DNA of 64,000 bases, from contig CAVRKK010000002.1 in the NCBI GenBank assembly GCA_963722385.1, forward strand, positions 160,001 through 224,000, read 5' to 3'. The notes under the pieces are model-generated. The model worked only from the letters and a program-made list of their open reading frames with translations, did no database searches and had not been told where the DNA came from. A program made the translations under genes and the position numbers. Source of the DNA: an uncultured bacterium. Its GTDB lineage: Bacteria; Babelota; Babeliae; Babelales; Babelaceae. Positions 29,852 to 40,705 of this stretch are shown here, in pieces. The stretch's first letter is position 1. Each line of letters begins with the position of its first letter.

Positions 29852-30655
29852 GTGACGAAAATAATGAGCACCCTGACACGCTATAACCGCCGCTTCTTTT
29901 GGATAGGCTTGATAGCTTGCTTGTACACTTTTTTATATATGCCCATTATTATTTTGGTTGTTTTTTCTTTTAATACCCAAGCATTTCCCGCTCCATGGCA
30001 TGCTTTTACCCTCCATTGGTATAAGGAGCTCTGGTATAACTCTGCCGAGCTCTGGAGCTCACTCTATAACTCTTTGCTTGTTGCCGCGTCAACGACCGTA
30101 TTAAGCCTTGCCATGGCGGTAGCCCTTATTTTTTCGGTCATGCAAAAAGCAAGCATTAAAAAGTTCTCCCAAGTTTTTTATGCCAATCTTATTGTTCCTG
30201 AAATCGTATTGGCTGTTGGCCTCTTGAGCCTCTTTGGCCTCTTTTCAATTTCCTTAGGCAAAATGACCCTGATAGCGGCCCATACCGTTTTGGGGCTAGG
30301 CTACGCGGTGCCGATCTTACAGGTGCGCTATCATGAGCTTGATCCTCGCTTGCTCGAGGCATCGGCTGACCTCGGCGCAACGACCTTCCAGACCCTTCGG
30401 CGCGTCATACTGCCCTTGTTAAGGCCAGCGCTGCTCGCTGCCGGCTTGCTCGTTTTTATTATTTCATTTGATGACTTCGTGCTTTCTTATTTTTGTACGG
30501 GACCATCCTCTCAGACTTTGCCAGTCTATATCCTATCGCTCCTTCGGGGGGGCGTTTCACCCGTTGTAAATGCTTTGTCGACAGGGTTGCTGGTGCTCAG
30601 CAGCTTATTGGTCGTTCTATTTTGCTCGTTAGCGATACGTCTAAAAATATTTTAA
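29852..30655 (+). CDS. potC: Polyamine ABC transporter permease
   Basis: FLYMPI..VFSFN, FTLHWY, EASADLGA, SFDDF. Confidence 0.9.
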   Translation: MTKIMSTLTRYNRRFFWIGLIACLYTFLYMPIIILVVFSFNTQAFPAPWHAFTLHWYKELWYNSAELWSSLYNSLLVAASTTVLSLAMAVALIFSVMQKASIKKFSQVFYANLIVPEIVLAVGLLSLFGLFSISLGKMTLIAAHTVLGLGYAVPILQVRYHELDPRLLEASADLGATTFQTLRRVILPLLRPALLAAGLLVFIISFDDFVLSYFCTGPSSQTLPVYILSLLRGGVSPVVNALSTGLLVLSSLLVVLFCSLAIRLKIF

Positions 30656-30666
30656 AGGATAGATTG

Positions 30667-31761
30667 ATGAAAAACGTATCGTTCTCTGCTGCTGGGATAT
30701 ATATGCTCATGGTTCTCATCTGGCTCGCCATTATTTTTGGCTTACTCTTTGTGGGCCATTTCTCACTTATACATCCTACGCAAAAAACTATCAATATCCT
30801 GACCTGGGGCAGCATATTTGATACGAGCACTATTTCGTCATTCACTGAACGCACCGGCATTAAGGTAAATGTTAGCTACTACAGCACCAATGAAGAGCTC
30901 CTCGTAGCACTTAAGTCTACCAAGGGCAGCGGCTATGACTTGATTGTGCCTTCGGATTATGCGGTGCCCATTCTTAAGGAGCAGGGCCTGCTCAAGAAAC
31001 TCGACAAGTCCCGGTTAACATTCTTAAGCAACCTTAATCCATTACTAACCGCCCGGAGCTTTGATCCTACTAATGATTACTCGTTGCCATATATGGTCGA
31101 AATTTTTGGCCTCGGGTATAGCAAAAGCTTTTTTGGCGGTAGCTTGCCTAACCCCTCGTGGCACTTGATTTTTACCAAGCCGGCAGGTTTCAAAATTGCC
31201 ATGGTCAACGACCCCGTCGAGGCCATCGATCTCGCCGCTTACTACCTTTTTAAGCAAGCTAACCGGCCGCTCACTGCCAAGCAAATTGAAAGCGTAAAAC
31301 AGCTCCTCGTGACCCAAAAAGCATGGGTCGAAGCATATACGGATTTTCGCCCCGACTACTTCTTGCTAACGGGCAATTGCCCGCTCGTCGTTACCCAGCT
31401 TTCAAGCGTTATTCGTGCACAAGAGCAGTCATCTGATATCGGCTTCGCCTTACCCCACGAGGGAACTTTTATGAGTATTGAAAATCTAGCCATACCCACC
31501 GGCTCGCACAATAATGCCGTATACGATTTTATTAATTACGTATATACTCCTCCTATTACCATAAGCCATTTTGAAAAACTGGCCTCAGTGCCGGCAACAA
31601 GCGACGTTTTATCCCAACTCCAATTTAAGGATGATCTTCAGAAAACGATTATTTCGCTCTTGACCATGGATCGCGACCAGTTTGAAAAATTTGCCTTATT
31701 TTTTGCACCAATAATGCCCGAAAACACCTTACACAATCTCTGGGTTGAGGTTAAGTCGTGA
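30667..31761 (+). CDS. potD: Polyamine ABC transporter substrate-binding protein
   Basis: FTERTGIKV, NEELL, GYDLIVPSDYAV, FDPTNDYSLPY. Confidence 0.88.
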   Translation: MKNVSFSAAGIYMLMVLIWLAIIFGLLFVGHFSLIHPTQKTINILTWGSIFDTSTISSFTERTGIKVNVSYYSTNEELLVALKSTKGSGYDLIVPSDYAVPILKEQGLLKKLDKSRLTFLSNLNPLLTARSFDPTNDYSLPYMVEIFGLGYSKSFFGGSLPNPSWHLIFTKPAGFKIAMVNDPVEAIDLAAYYLFKQANRPLTAKQIESVKQLLVTQKAWVEAYTDFRPDYFLLTGNCPLVVTQLSSVIRAQEQSSDIGFALPHEGTFMSIENLAIPTGSHNNAVYDFINYVYTPPITISHFEKLASVPATSDVLSQLQFKDDLQKTIISLLTMDRDQFEKFALFFAPIMPENTLHNLWVEVKS

Positions 31762-31781
31762 TGTTAAAGGCGAGGAAACAT

Positions 31782-33698
31782 ATGCCAAGCGAAACCAACA
31801 AATTTTATGTAACCACACCAATTTATTATGCCAATGCAAAGCCACATCTGGGGACCCTGTACTCAACCGTGCTTGCTGATGTGGCAGCGCGTATCAATAA
31901 GCTCGCGGGCAAGCAGACCTTTTTATTAACCGGAACAGATGAGCATGGGCAAAAAATAGCCCAGGCAGCCGCCGCATTGGGCAAGAGCCCCCAGCAATTG
32001 GTCGATGAACAGGCACAGGAATTTAAAAAGCTCTGGGATACCTACGAGATTGGCTACAACCATTTTATACGCACAACCGACGAAGCGCATAAGCGTGGCG
32101 TACAGCTCTGGATAGAAAAATTATTGGCACAAGGCGATATTTATAAAGGTACGTATACCGGGCTCTATTGCGTCCCTTGCGAAACTTTTATTGGCCAACC
32201 AGAAACCTACGCAAGCCCAGCGTGTGCTACCTGTGGCAGGCAGGTCATTGAGCTCTCCGAAGAATGTTACTTCTTTCGGCTCTCAGCGTATGCAGATCGG
32301 CTTCTTGCTTTTTATCGCGAGCACCCCCACTTTGTTACACCCGCTGAACGCTTACATGAGCTCGTCAGCTTTGTCGAGTCAGGATTGAAAGACCTGAGTA
32401 TCTCCCGAACAACGGTCACGTGGGGAATTCCCTTCCCTGGCGACGAGCGCCACAAGGTCTACGTCTGGGCCGACGCCCTCAACAACTATATCACCGCTAT
32501 CGGCTATGGCGACCCGCAACGCGCGGAGGAATTTAAGCGCTGGTGGCCAGCAGATCTTGAGGTAATGGGTAAAGACATCATCAGGTTTCATGGCGTGTAC
32601 TGGCCTGCTTTCTTAATGGCAACCGGTTTGCCGCTACCTCATCAACTCTTAGTACATGGCTGGATCAAGGTTGGCGAGCAAAAGATGTCAAAGTCGCTCG
32701 GCAATGTCGTAGATCCATGGCAGCTCGCGCAGCGGTATGGAGCTGATGCTATTCGTTATTATCTGATATGCCACATGTCGATTGCCCAAGATTCCCCATT
32801 CAGCATTGAAGACCTGGAAAAGCGGCTCAATGCCGACTTGGCCAATGACCTCGGCAATCTCTTAAATCGCATGCTCACGCTTGCGTCCAAGCATGGCATC
32901 AATGTCGTGCAGGCACCCGGCCAGCTCCAGGGGCCAGAGCTTGATCTACGCGATAAATTATGGAGCACGCTGAGTGACTTTTCAAGTGACATGGAGGAAT
33001 ACTTCTTTCACCGCGCCTACTTACATGTCTGGAAATTTATAAGTCACGTTAATGCGTATTTCCATAGTCAGGAACCGTGGAAACTAGCAACCAGTGAACC
33101 GGAAAGGTTTAAGGCTGTGCTGTCGGCGACCTGTCACAGCTTGTATGCGGTGGGCGTGCTCGTTTGGCCGGTAATGCCAGTCAAAATGGAAGCATTGTTA
33201 GCTTCTCTCGGATTTACGATTGAGACAGGGACAAACATATTTGAGCGACTTTCGGTCGATCCCTGGCTCAAAACTTTTACGCTCAAGCCTATCGCCCCGC
33301 TTTTTATGCGCTATGAGCCCCAACCGATCATCATCGCCGAGCAAGCGCCGCACGTAGAAAAAGTACGCGAGATATCATTTGACGATTTTTCACGTATCGA
33401 CCTACGCGTGGGCACCATTATGACCTGCGCTGATGTGCCAAAATCAGAAAAGCTTTACCAACTTCAGGTAGACTTTGGCACCTTGGGAATGCGCACCATA
33501 TGTAGCGGCGTCAAGCACCACTTTCAGGCGCAGGACCTTGTGGGCAAGCAAGGGATCTTCGTCGTGAATTTGCCGGTACGTATGCTCATGGGTATTGAGT
33601 CGCAAGGAATGATGCTCTTCGCAAAAAGTGAAGATACTGGTAAATTTACGCTGGTAACGGTTGAACAGGGGGTTGCCAACGGGTCTCGGGTAAGTTAG
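31782..33698 (+). CDS. metG: Methionine--tRNA ligase
   Basis: FYVTTPIYY..PHLG, GTDEHG, CxxC knuckle, KMSKS, C-terminal tRNA-binding OB domain. Confidence 0.97.
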   Translation: MPSETNKFYVTTPIYYANAKPHLGTLYSTVLADVAARINKLAGKQTFLLTGTDEHGQKIAQAAAALGKSPQQLVDEQAQEFKKLWDTYEIGYNHFIRTTDEAHKRGVQLWIEKLLAQGDIYKGTYTGLYCVPCETFIGQPETYASPACATCGRQVIELSEECYFFRLSAYADRLLAFYREHPHFVTPAERLHELVSFVESGLKDLSISRTTVTWGIPFPGDERHKVYVWADALNNYITAIGYGDPQRAEEFKRWWPADLEVMGKDIIRFHGVYWPAFLMATGLPLPHQLLVHGWIKVGEQKMSKSLGNVVDPWQLAQRYGADAIRYYLICHMSIAQDSPFSIEDLEKRLNADLANDLGNLLNRMLTLASKHGINVVQAPGQLQGPELDLRDKLWSTLSDFSSDMEEYFFHRAYLHVWKFISHVNAYFHSQEPWKLATSEPERFKAVLSATCHSLYAVGVLVWPVMPVKMEALLASLGFTIETGTNIFERLSVDPWLKTFTLKPIAPLFMRYEPQPIIIAEQAPHVEKVREISFDDFSRIDLRVGTIMTCADVPKSEKLYQLQVDFGTLGMRTICSGVKHHFQAQDLVGKQGIFVVNLPVRMLMGIESQGMMLFAKSEDTGKFTLVTVEQGVANGSRVS

Positions 33699-33708
33699 GA
33701 TTGCAACG

Positions 33709-34608
33709 ATGGTAAAAAAGCTTCTTTTTTTGAGCATCTTGTGCTCTTTGGTGACTACTCGTGGCAACACGTGCGCACACAAGCCACGTATTTCGATTCT
33801 TGTCAACGTACCCGCAGAAGAAATACGATCGCGCCTCTTCATTGAGGATATACTCAATTTTAGAAATTTTGACACTTATGAGCTCGTGCTTATTATTCCT
33901 GGCCATTACGAACTTCTGCCGATGATACAGGAATATGCGACACGATTCCCCAATATTCGTTACCTACCGCTCGAAAACAACCCAGGCGTAAGCGAAGCCT
34001 TGAATCAGAGTATACTCACCGCGCGCGCCGACCTTCTCACGATGTCGTCGGTTGACGACCGGCTCAATGCTCAGATGCTTGATGAGCAGATACGCTTTCT
34101 TGAGGAAAACCAGGCCATCGATCTTGTTTATACGCGCTTTATTATTACCGACACCGTTCAGGAATCTTTTGAGAAGTGCCCGCGCCAATTTATAGGCGAT
34201 GCATTGCCATTTTCACCCGCTGCCATGAACCATGACCTTGTGGGGCCTATGCCCGTCTGGCGCAGATCGATGCACCAACAATATGGCTATTTTTGCGCTG
34301 ATCTTTGCTCGCTGCACACCATAGAGTTTTGGAATCGCGCGGCGAGCAATGGTTCGGTATTTAGTCAACTTGACGGTTACGGCGCTTGTTATCTAGCAAG
34401 CGCTCTGCCCGATCATGCACCATATGCTCGCGAGCTCGCTTTTATAAGAAAAACCTATAGCGCTTATTGGAATAGTTTTGGTGATCGCCAAAAGAGCGAT
34501 ATCACGAAAACTATTGATCAACCAAAGGTTGCTGCGTGCTCTGCTCAGCTATCAGAGTTGTGTCCGACTACTTTTTTACGCGATGTGAATACGATAATAT
34601 TGCCGTAA
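33709..34608 (+). CDS. Glycosyltransferase family 2-like protein
   Basis: NPGVSEALN, VDDR DxD-like motif, GPMPVWRRS. Confidence 0.75.
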   Translation: MVKKLLFLSILCSLVTTRGNTCAHKPRISILVNVPAEEIRSRLFIEDILNFRNFDTYELVLIIPGHYELLPMIQEYATRFPNIRYLPLENNPGVSEALNQSILTARADLLTMSSVDDRLNAQMLDEQIRFLEENQAIDLVYTRFIITDTVQESFEKCPRQFIGDALPFSPAAMNHDLVGPMPVWRRSMHQQYGYFCADLCSLHTIEFWNRAASNGSVFSQLDGYGACYLASALPDHAPYARELAFIRKTYSAYWNSFGDRQKSDITKTIDQPKVAACSAQLSELCPTTFLRDVNTIILP

Positions 34609-34669
34609 ATCCCAGGAGGCTCTTTTACCACCTTTCTTAATTATAATAACAAAAAACCATCAAGCTTTC

Positions 34670-35584
34670 ATGTGTATCATGTTAAAATTTTTGCAGTTCT
34701 TAAGCTTCATATTGATAATCACCACGAGTATACAAGGATCGGCACAAAGTGCTGATTTAATTATCTTCTCATTTGACCGGCCTCTGCAATTTTATGCGTT
34801 AATGGAGTCGATTGAGCGCTACGTTACCGGGCTAAGGAGTGTAAGCGTTTTATATCGGGTCAGTTCGCCTGAGTTTAATCAAGCCTATGATAGCTGCTTT
34901 GAGCGATTTAAGCATTTCAACATTTTAATTCGTGCGGTCAAACAAGGCGAGAACCCTCGGGCAGATTTTAAGCCACTTATCTTATCACTCATGGAACAAA
35001 CCGGCGACTATATCCTCTTCGCTGTTGATGACCTGTTAGTTAAAGATTTTATTAATCTTGATGAATGTATAACGCATCTTGAAGAGCATAAGGCCTATGG
35101 CTTTTATTTAAGAATGGGCAACAATATCACCCACTGTTACTCGGCAAACATGCCGAGCCCTGTCCCTCCTTATGAGCTCCACGACAACCTCATAAAATGG
35201 AAATTTGGTGATGGCGTTGGCGAGTACTCAGAATGGCGCTATTCAAATTCGCTTGATATGACGCTTTATCGCAAACATGATCTGCTTGGGACTTTTAGGG
35301 AGCTCGACTATGTTTCTCCAAATGTGCTGGAGATGGTCTGGGCATGGCGAAGCCATGAAAATTTGTCAAAACAGGGGATTTGCTTTACGGTCTCAAAAAC
35401 AATTAACGTTCCGCTCAACTTGGCACAACAGGATTGGCCCATATCGCTTAATATGGGATATACGCTTGCGCAGCTTCTTAAGCTATTCCAGCTTGGGTAT
35501 CGGCTCAATATAAAGCATTATTTTAGGCTTGAAAATAGTGCGCCACACGTCGAAGTGGTGCCGCATTTGATTAGACATTTTTAA
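34670..35584 (+). CDS. Putative GT-A fold glycosyltransferase-like protein
   Basis: IIFSFDRPLQ, YILFAVDD, FYLRMG. Confidence 0.6.
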   Translation: MCIMLKFLQFLSFILIITTSIQGSAQSADLIIFSFDRPLQFYALMESIERYVTGLRSVSVLYRVSSPEFNQAYDSCFERFKHFNILIRAVKQGENPRADFKPLILSLMEQTGDYILFAVDDLLVKDFINLDECITHLEEHKAYGFYLRMGNNITHCYSANMPSPVPPYELHDNLIKWKFGDGVGEYSEWRYSNSLDMTLYRKHDLLGTFRELDYVSPNVLEMVWAWRSHENLSKQGICFTVSKTINVPLNLAQQDWPISLNMGYTLAQLLKLFQLGYRLNIKHYFRLENSAPHVEVVPHLIRHF

Positions 35585-35619
35585 AGATTTTAATGATATA
35601 TTGTATTTAATTTTACTAT

Positions 35620-35710
35620 TTGTTGGTTCCGTTATTAATCAAACGAATGCTGCTAATTTTGGATTAGCACGGTATAACCAAGACGGTTCGCTCGATACAA
35701 CTTTTAACGC
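35620..35710 (+). pseudogene. Single delta-60 repeat remnant
   Basis: NFGLARYNQDGSLDTTFN, then the frame runs into GC-rich non-coding-like sequence. Confidence 0.6.
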
Positions 35711-36023
35711 CGAAGGCCCCCTCCCACAGCTCCGGAGGCCTTGCCCTGGCCGGCTGACGGAGGCCGCGCCCGGCCGAGAGGGCGCGTGTGCTTGCTGTAA
35801 GGAAAAATTGTTGAGACCTGGAACTTTCTACGCGCGCGCGTGCATACGCGTGAATATTAATTTAATTAAATAACGCGAATTCGATGGAAGGCTTTTTTGA
35901 TCTAAATGAGTAAGCAATTAGAGAAGAAAAGATGGAGGCTAAAAAGTTGATAGACTTCTATGCTCAATAGAAATGGAAGACTTAAGGACACCAATAGCAG
36001 ACTCCACGAGCCATAATGCTTTT

Positions 36024-37232
36024 TTAATTAACTAATTTAGTCCGTTCTTCCAAAGTATTTTTGAAAAAGTGCTTTTTGAGTAAAAAGATACCGATTCCAG
36101 CGACAACAGCTAAAATGACGGCTCCTGCGCCGCCGCCAACACTCATTCCTATGATACAACCGGTACCGCAGCCGTCACCAGAATTAGCATCTGATTTTAA
36201 AGATGCTATGGTTATACTACCTGGGCCAACGAAAAGCCCGTTTACTGAAGCAAGGTAGGCGCCATTAGGTGAAAATGCTAGTGCTTCGGATGTGGTATCG
36301 TGCGTATCGAAGACATAAGAAATTGCCTTGCTTAAGCCTTCATCAGTCACGGTAAATAGAGTCACATCATTTGAATACGCGTTAGCGGTTGCAAGGCAGC
36401 TACCCGTTGGTGAAAATGCTACTACCAGAGGCTTGTCAGAACCTGATGGTAAAACATAAGAAGTTCCTTGAGTGAGTATTCCATCGATTAACCTAAACAG
36501 GGTTACATCACTTGAGCCATAATTAGCAGTAGCACAATATAAGCCGCTCGGTGAGAATGCCACTGACTGTGGCGAGCTCGAAGTAACAGGCAAAGGATAC
36601 GAAGTGCCGTTGCCGAGGATCTCTTCAGCTTCTACCTTAAAAGCGGTCACGTCGTTTGAAGCTTGATTAGCCGTAGCAAGATACGAGCTATCAGGAGAAA
36701 ACGCTACTGAATAGGGACCAGCAGAACCAGAAGGTAATGGATATGAAGTACCGTTGCTCAAGGTGCCTCCTGTTTCTACCTTAAATAGTGTCACGTCGTT
36801 TGAAACTTGATTAGCCGTAGCAAGGTACTTGCCATTTGGTGAAAATGCTACTGAGTAGGCTTCTGAAGAACCCGGCAAGAAGTAGTTCCTTGCGTTTGGG
36901 TCTAATGTCCCATCCGGATTTACCGTAGATATGGCCACACCACCGGAACACGTAGCAAGATATAAGCCATTTGGTGAAAAGTCTATTGACTGGTCGCTAT
37001 CACGTGGATAGGTAGTCCCTGCGTTTAAAATTCCCTTAGTAAGCGTAAACATGGTCACACTTCCAGCATTAGCGGTAGCCAGATAAAGTCCATTTGGTGA
37101 AAATACCATTGCTGCAGGGCTTATAACATTATCATGTAGAGAATTGGTCTATGAAGATGAGACTGAACAGGTCTGGGACACCACATTGCTTGCAAAAGAA
37201 AGTGTTAGAATTAAGAAAAATAGTTCTTTCAT
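36024..37232 (-). pseudogene. 7-repeat beta-propeller type I membrane protein with an in-frame stop after the signal peptide
   Basis: AGGAG RBS + MKELFFLILTLSFASNVVSQTCSVSSS*TNSL.. (TAG 37149-37151) is in frame with ORF 36024-37109; FSPxGxYLATAN repeats; C-terminal TM. Confidence 0.75.
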
Positions 37233-37397
37233 GTATCTCTCCTGAGAATCTTGAGATCTTTTCTACTCTAAGAGATTAACCGTATTTATTGCTGTTATCA
37301 AGTCGAGCGGTTGCATTGGTCGTCACAAGAAATCAAAGCCGTGGCCCATATTTGTTCGTATTTTAAGAAATGGCTGAATAGTAGTTCATCAAGAAGT

Positions 37398-37700
37398 AAA
37401 GCACGGCCGGCTTAAAAGCCGGCGCTTTCTGCTTCGAGATTGAGGCTCTATTGATTTTTAATGTATTCTCTGATTTTGTCTTCGCTAACTTGACCCGATG
37501 TTTCAGCAAAATATCCATCTGCCCAAAAGCTTTTACCCCACAAAAATTCTTTTAATTCAGGGAATTCTTCTCGAATTACTCTGCTGCTACTACCTTTGAA
37601 TAGCTGCACCATTTTGCTTACGCTTATTTCAGGCCTCATTTCACAAGTACATATACATGATCTTTTTGTATATTTAGCTCTTCTATTTTCCATCGCCGAC
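37398..37700 (-). mobile_element. tnpA: Degenerate IS200/IS605 tnpA (Y1 transposase) with end hairpin
   Basis: WKIEELNIQKDHVYVLV, frameshift, then EMRPEISVSKMVQLFKGSSSR..FWADGYFAET..IREYIKNQ; hairpin GCCGGCTT-AA-AAGCCGGC at 37406-37423. Confidence 0.85.
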
Positions 37701-38045
37701 TTCTCCTTTTTTTGGGTTTGAATTTTAAAAAAGGATAGTACTTTGCTCGTTTTTTTCTACTTTTTCTTATGTCGAATTCGCGTTAAATAAAACATTTCAG
37801 ATTTGATGCTGCCATGCCGGCATCTTTATTGCTAATTTTAATTATGTTTTTTCTTGTGTGAAAAAACTTTACTTTTTAATAGTTTGACTATTTAATATAT
37901 TTATACTAACATTTTAATATCCAATGGCACTTCTTAAAAGAGTAACAATAGAGAGCAATGTGTGTCAAAGGTGAGCACAGCAACACAATAAAGCACGCTG
38001 GCCAAACTAAATCAAAATATTTTCTACCACTCACAAGGAGTAATC

Positions 38046-39119
38046 ATGCACAATGGTATACATCGAGTGCTCATATTTTTATCATGCAGCGGCTTTGCAA
38101 TGGCTGCCGGAGCAGAACCAGCTGAGAACTTATTCATCGGACTTAAAGACGTTATTGATGCTGGAAAGGTATATGCTGAGGATACCGATCGCATGACCGA
38201 CAAGCTAGCACTGTATGCATGCGCGGATCAATACGTCGATGCCCTGACGTTTCAGCCTACGAATAAGGAAAAAATCTCTGAGTATCACGCTTGTTTAAGA
38301 ACAGTCAGCGAAAGCGAGTATGCAGAGACAAACAAGCAGTTTGTGGGATTTGAACCTTATTTGATTCAATATGAAGACGAAGAAGAATATAATAAGCGAT
38401 GGGCAATCACCAAATTGCTGAGCAAAACAACGGTGAAACTTCCCCACCCTTTGGCACTTCTTAAAAAAGCCGCAGAAGACCTCGGAAAATTCGCTTTTGT
38501 CAACGCGGTCGATGAACAGAAAAACTATAAGCCTCGTGACCGGTTTGTTGTTACCATAAAAGATGCGATGTTACTCGTTCTTGATCGCCAAAAATACGGC
38601 AAGCAAACTTTCGAAACCAAGCTCAAAGAAAAACTGGCTATTTTAGCTGACCTCTGCGCAAAAAATACGGTCTTCCAAAAAGATGAACTCGCCGATAAAA
38701 AAGATGAGCAACTTGAAAGTGAGTACTCATCTGAAACTCTGATCGACCTAGGCCAAAAAATTGGCTCGATCTTAGCAAGCGCTGGCGGCCAGCATGTTCT
38801 TCCTTATGAAGAGAGAATTAAATTGGGCGTTGAGGTAGCTCAAGTGCTGTTTCCCGTCTATAGCTCAATATTAAGGGCCAATGCTGAAGGCAAAGATTTA
38901 AAATTGGGCATGAGTGAGCTCGTAAAACTTGGCGATGAGGAAATTCAATCTTTCGAAAAAAATAAAGGCTCGTTGGAAGGCGATTTCGACGCCAAATTTT
39001 ACGCTATATCGATGATCTTATTTCAGCTCAATAAACTACAAGAAAGCAAATCAACCAAATCGGTAAAAAAGGCCGAGTTCAAAGAAAAAAATCCGCTTGA
39101 AAACGCTTTTGTGCTCTAA
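38046..39119 (+). CDS. Hypothetical exported helical protein, paralog of 39153-40499
   Basis: AAGGAG RBS, signal peptide; PHPLALL..AEDLGK and NPLENAF are shared with the next gene. Confidence 0.75.
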   Translation: MHNGIHRVLIFLSCSGFAMAAGAEPAENLFIGLKDVIDAGKVYAEDTDRMTDKLALYACADQYVDALTFQPTNKEKISEYHACLRTVSESEYAETNKQFVGFEPYLIQYEDEEEYNKRWAITKLLSKTTVKLPHPLALLKKAAEDLGKFAFVNAVDEQKNYKPRDRFVVTIKDAMLLVLDRQKYGKQTFETKLKEKLAILADLCAKNTVFQKDELADKKDEQLESEYSSETLIDLGQKIGSILASAGGQHVLPYEERIKLGVEVAQVLFPVYSSILRANAEGKDLKLGMSELVKLGDEEIQSFEKNKGSLEGDFDAKFYAISMILFQLNKLQESKSTKSVKKAEFKEKNPLENAFVL

Positions 39120-39152
39120 AGAGTAAACAAATAACAACGTGACAGGAATTTT

Positions 39153-40499
39153 ATGAAAAATTGCAATCAACTTATTTTTAGCATCGGTTTGTTGTGCTTT
39201 GCTGCGGCAAGCTTTGGCCAATCAGATGTGGTAATGAGGCAGGATATCCTTGCTCATGATTCGAAATATATCGTAGGAGACGAAGAGACTGAAATTACGA
39301 AAGAGTACATAACTGCGCTGGCCCTTGATGGAATGCGCCGTCTTTTCGAATCTGGCCTTGAATTTCTTAGCAGAGATGCAAAATCAACCATGAGCGAAAT
39401 TGAAAGAAAAGAAGAGGCGGTCGAATGCGCCTTTAAGCATGCTCTCATCTCAAGCGAGAATGACTATTGGAGTGATCATTACATAGCATGCGTAAAGGCT
39501 ACCGGTCAACTCGGCGGCAACATACGTAAAGACTGCGCTGGTAACGGAATTTGCATGAGCCGTTCGAGCCCGACTTTTAAAAATAATAAATTCTATAAAC
39601 CATGTGGATGGCGTGATTTTTCGCTTACGGGATTAGCTTATGACGATTGGTATTATCCTGGGCCTCTTGCAGTCATCTACTGGGCAATGGGAAATGTCGG
39701 GAAAGTTGCTATTGACCTGTCTAAAGATCCAAATACAGAACAAAAATTTCTTGACGATATCAATGCCATTCTTGAAATTATTGAAGCACGTAACCGTATG
39801 GGGCGCAAGGCCTATATTGCTGAGATGGACCAACGCTTCCGTTCTGTCCAGAGCATGATCGATGCCCACGCAAAATCTAAGGTCAATCAACAAGCCGGAA
39901 TTCTTAATCTGATGAATCTTCGTTTAACCGAAGAAGGGGCAAGTAAGTTAGGTCAAGTTGCTTTTGAAGAAGTTAATCGCGCTTATGCATCAAAGCCTAT
40001 CAGCGCTGAAAACGCAAAGGCGCTCGCTCTTTTTGTTTTGAGCAATCCCATAATATCCGAGTTGTTACAAAAGCAAAATGGAGAAGACCTCCAGGATTCT
40101 CTCGATGAAATAATTGAGGCTTATAATCTCATTTTCAACAAATACGTAGAACAAGGTGCTTCGAGCAAGGCTTCAGTGCGCATGTCAGAAAAAATGAAGG
40201 TAGCAACCAAAACGTTGGGGGCATACTACCTTAATGATATGCATGGCTTTTCCAAACAGGAAGTTGAGGCTGATCCGTTGAAAAATGCTTTTAAGATCGG
40301 TCGCATCCTCGGCAAAAATGCGCGCACCGCAGAATATGATACAGAAGAACGATCAGCTGCTCGTCTTACAGAACAAGGCAATCGCATCAATGAGTATCAA
40401 AAATTAAGCGAGCAACAACAGCGGCTTTCGCTCGGCGATGGTGCAACACTGGCCCCTAAGCTCAACGAGAGCAAAAATACGATTAAAGACGAACTTTAA
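39153..40499 (+). CDS. Hypothetical exported protein ending in KDEL
   Basis: MKNCNQLIFSIGLLCFAAASFG signal; AAA GAC GAA CTT TAA. Confidence 0.8.
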   Translation: MKNCNQLIFSIGLLCFAAASFGQSDVVMRQDILAHDSKYIVGDEETEITKEYITALALDGMRRLFESGLEFLSRDAKSTMSEIERKEEAVECAFKHALISSENDYWSDHYIACVKATGQLGGNIRKDCAGNGICMSRSSPTFKNNKFYKPCGWRDFSLTGLAYDDWYYPGPLAVIYWAMGNVGKVAIDLSKDPNTEQKFLDDINAILEIIEARNRMGRKAYIAEMDQRFRSVQSMIDAHAKSKVNQQAGILNLMNLRLTEEGASKLGQVAFEEVNRAYASKPISAENAKALALFVLSNPIISELLQKQNGEDLQDSLDEIIEAYNLIFNKYVEQGASSKASVRMSEKMKVATKTLGAYYLNDMHGFSKQEVEADPLKNAFKIGRILGKNARTAEYDTEERSAARLTEQGNRINEYQKLSEQQQRLSLGDGATLAPKLNESKNTIKDEL

Positions 40500-40521
40500 A
40501 AACATTAAACATCTATGTTTG

Positions 40522-40554
40522 GAAGGCGCCTCAGTTGCAGGCGCCTTCTTTCTT
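40522..40554 (+). terminator. Intrinsic terminator
   Basis: GAAGGCGCCT / AGGCGCCTTC stem followed by TTTCTT. Confidence 0.7.
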
Positions 40555-40705
40555 AATGGCCCCGTCAGCTTTTGCTCCTGGGAAATGTCCACCACCACCT
40601 CCTTCTCATGGCAACCATATCGAGTTATAACTTTTTTGGAAAGGTGGAAATTAGCTTTGTTTACGACGCAGCAATTCACGTCAATTATCTCGAGCTTTGG
40701 TGGAG

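Noticed and set aside
12804..37151. Stop-codon reassignment explaining the in-frame stops at 12804 (TGA) and 37149 (TAG)
   Set aside because: Two different codons are involved; TGA and TAG terminate core genes normally (uvrB and potA TGA, metG TAG); copy 2 also has a frameshift.
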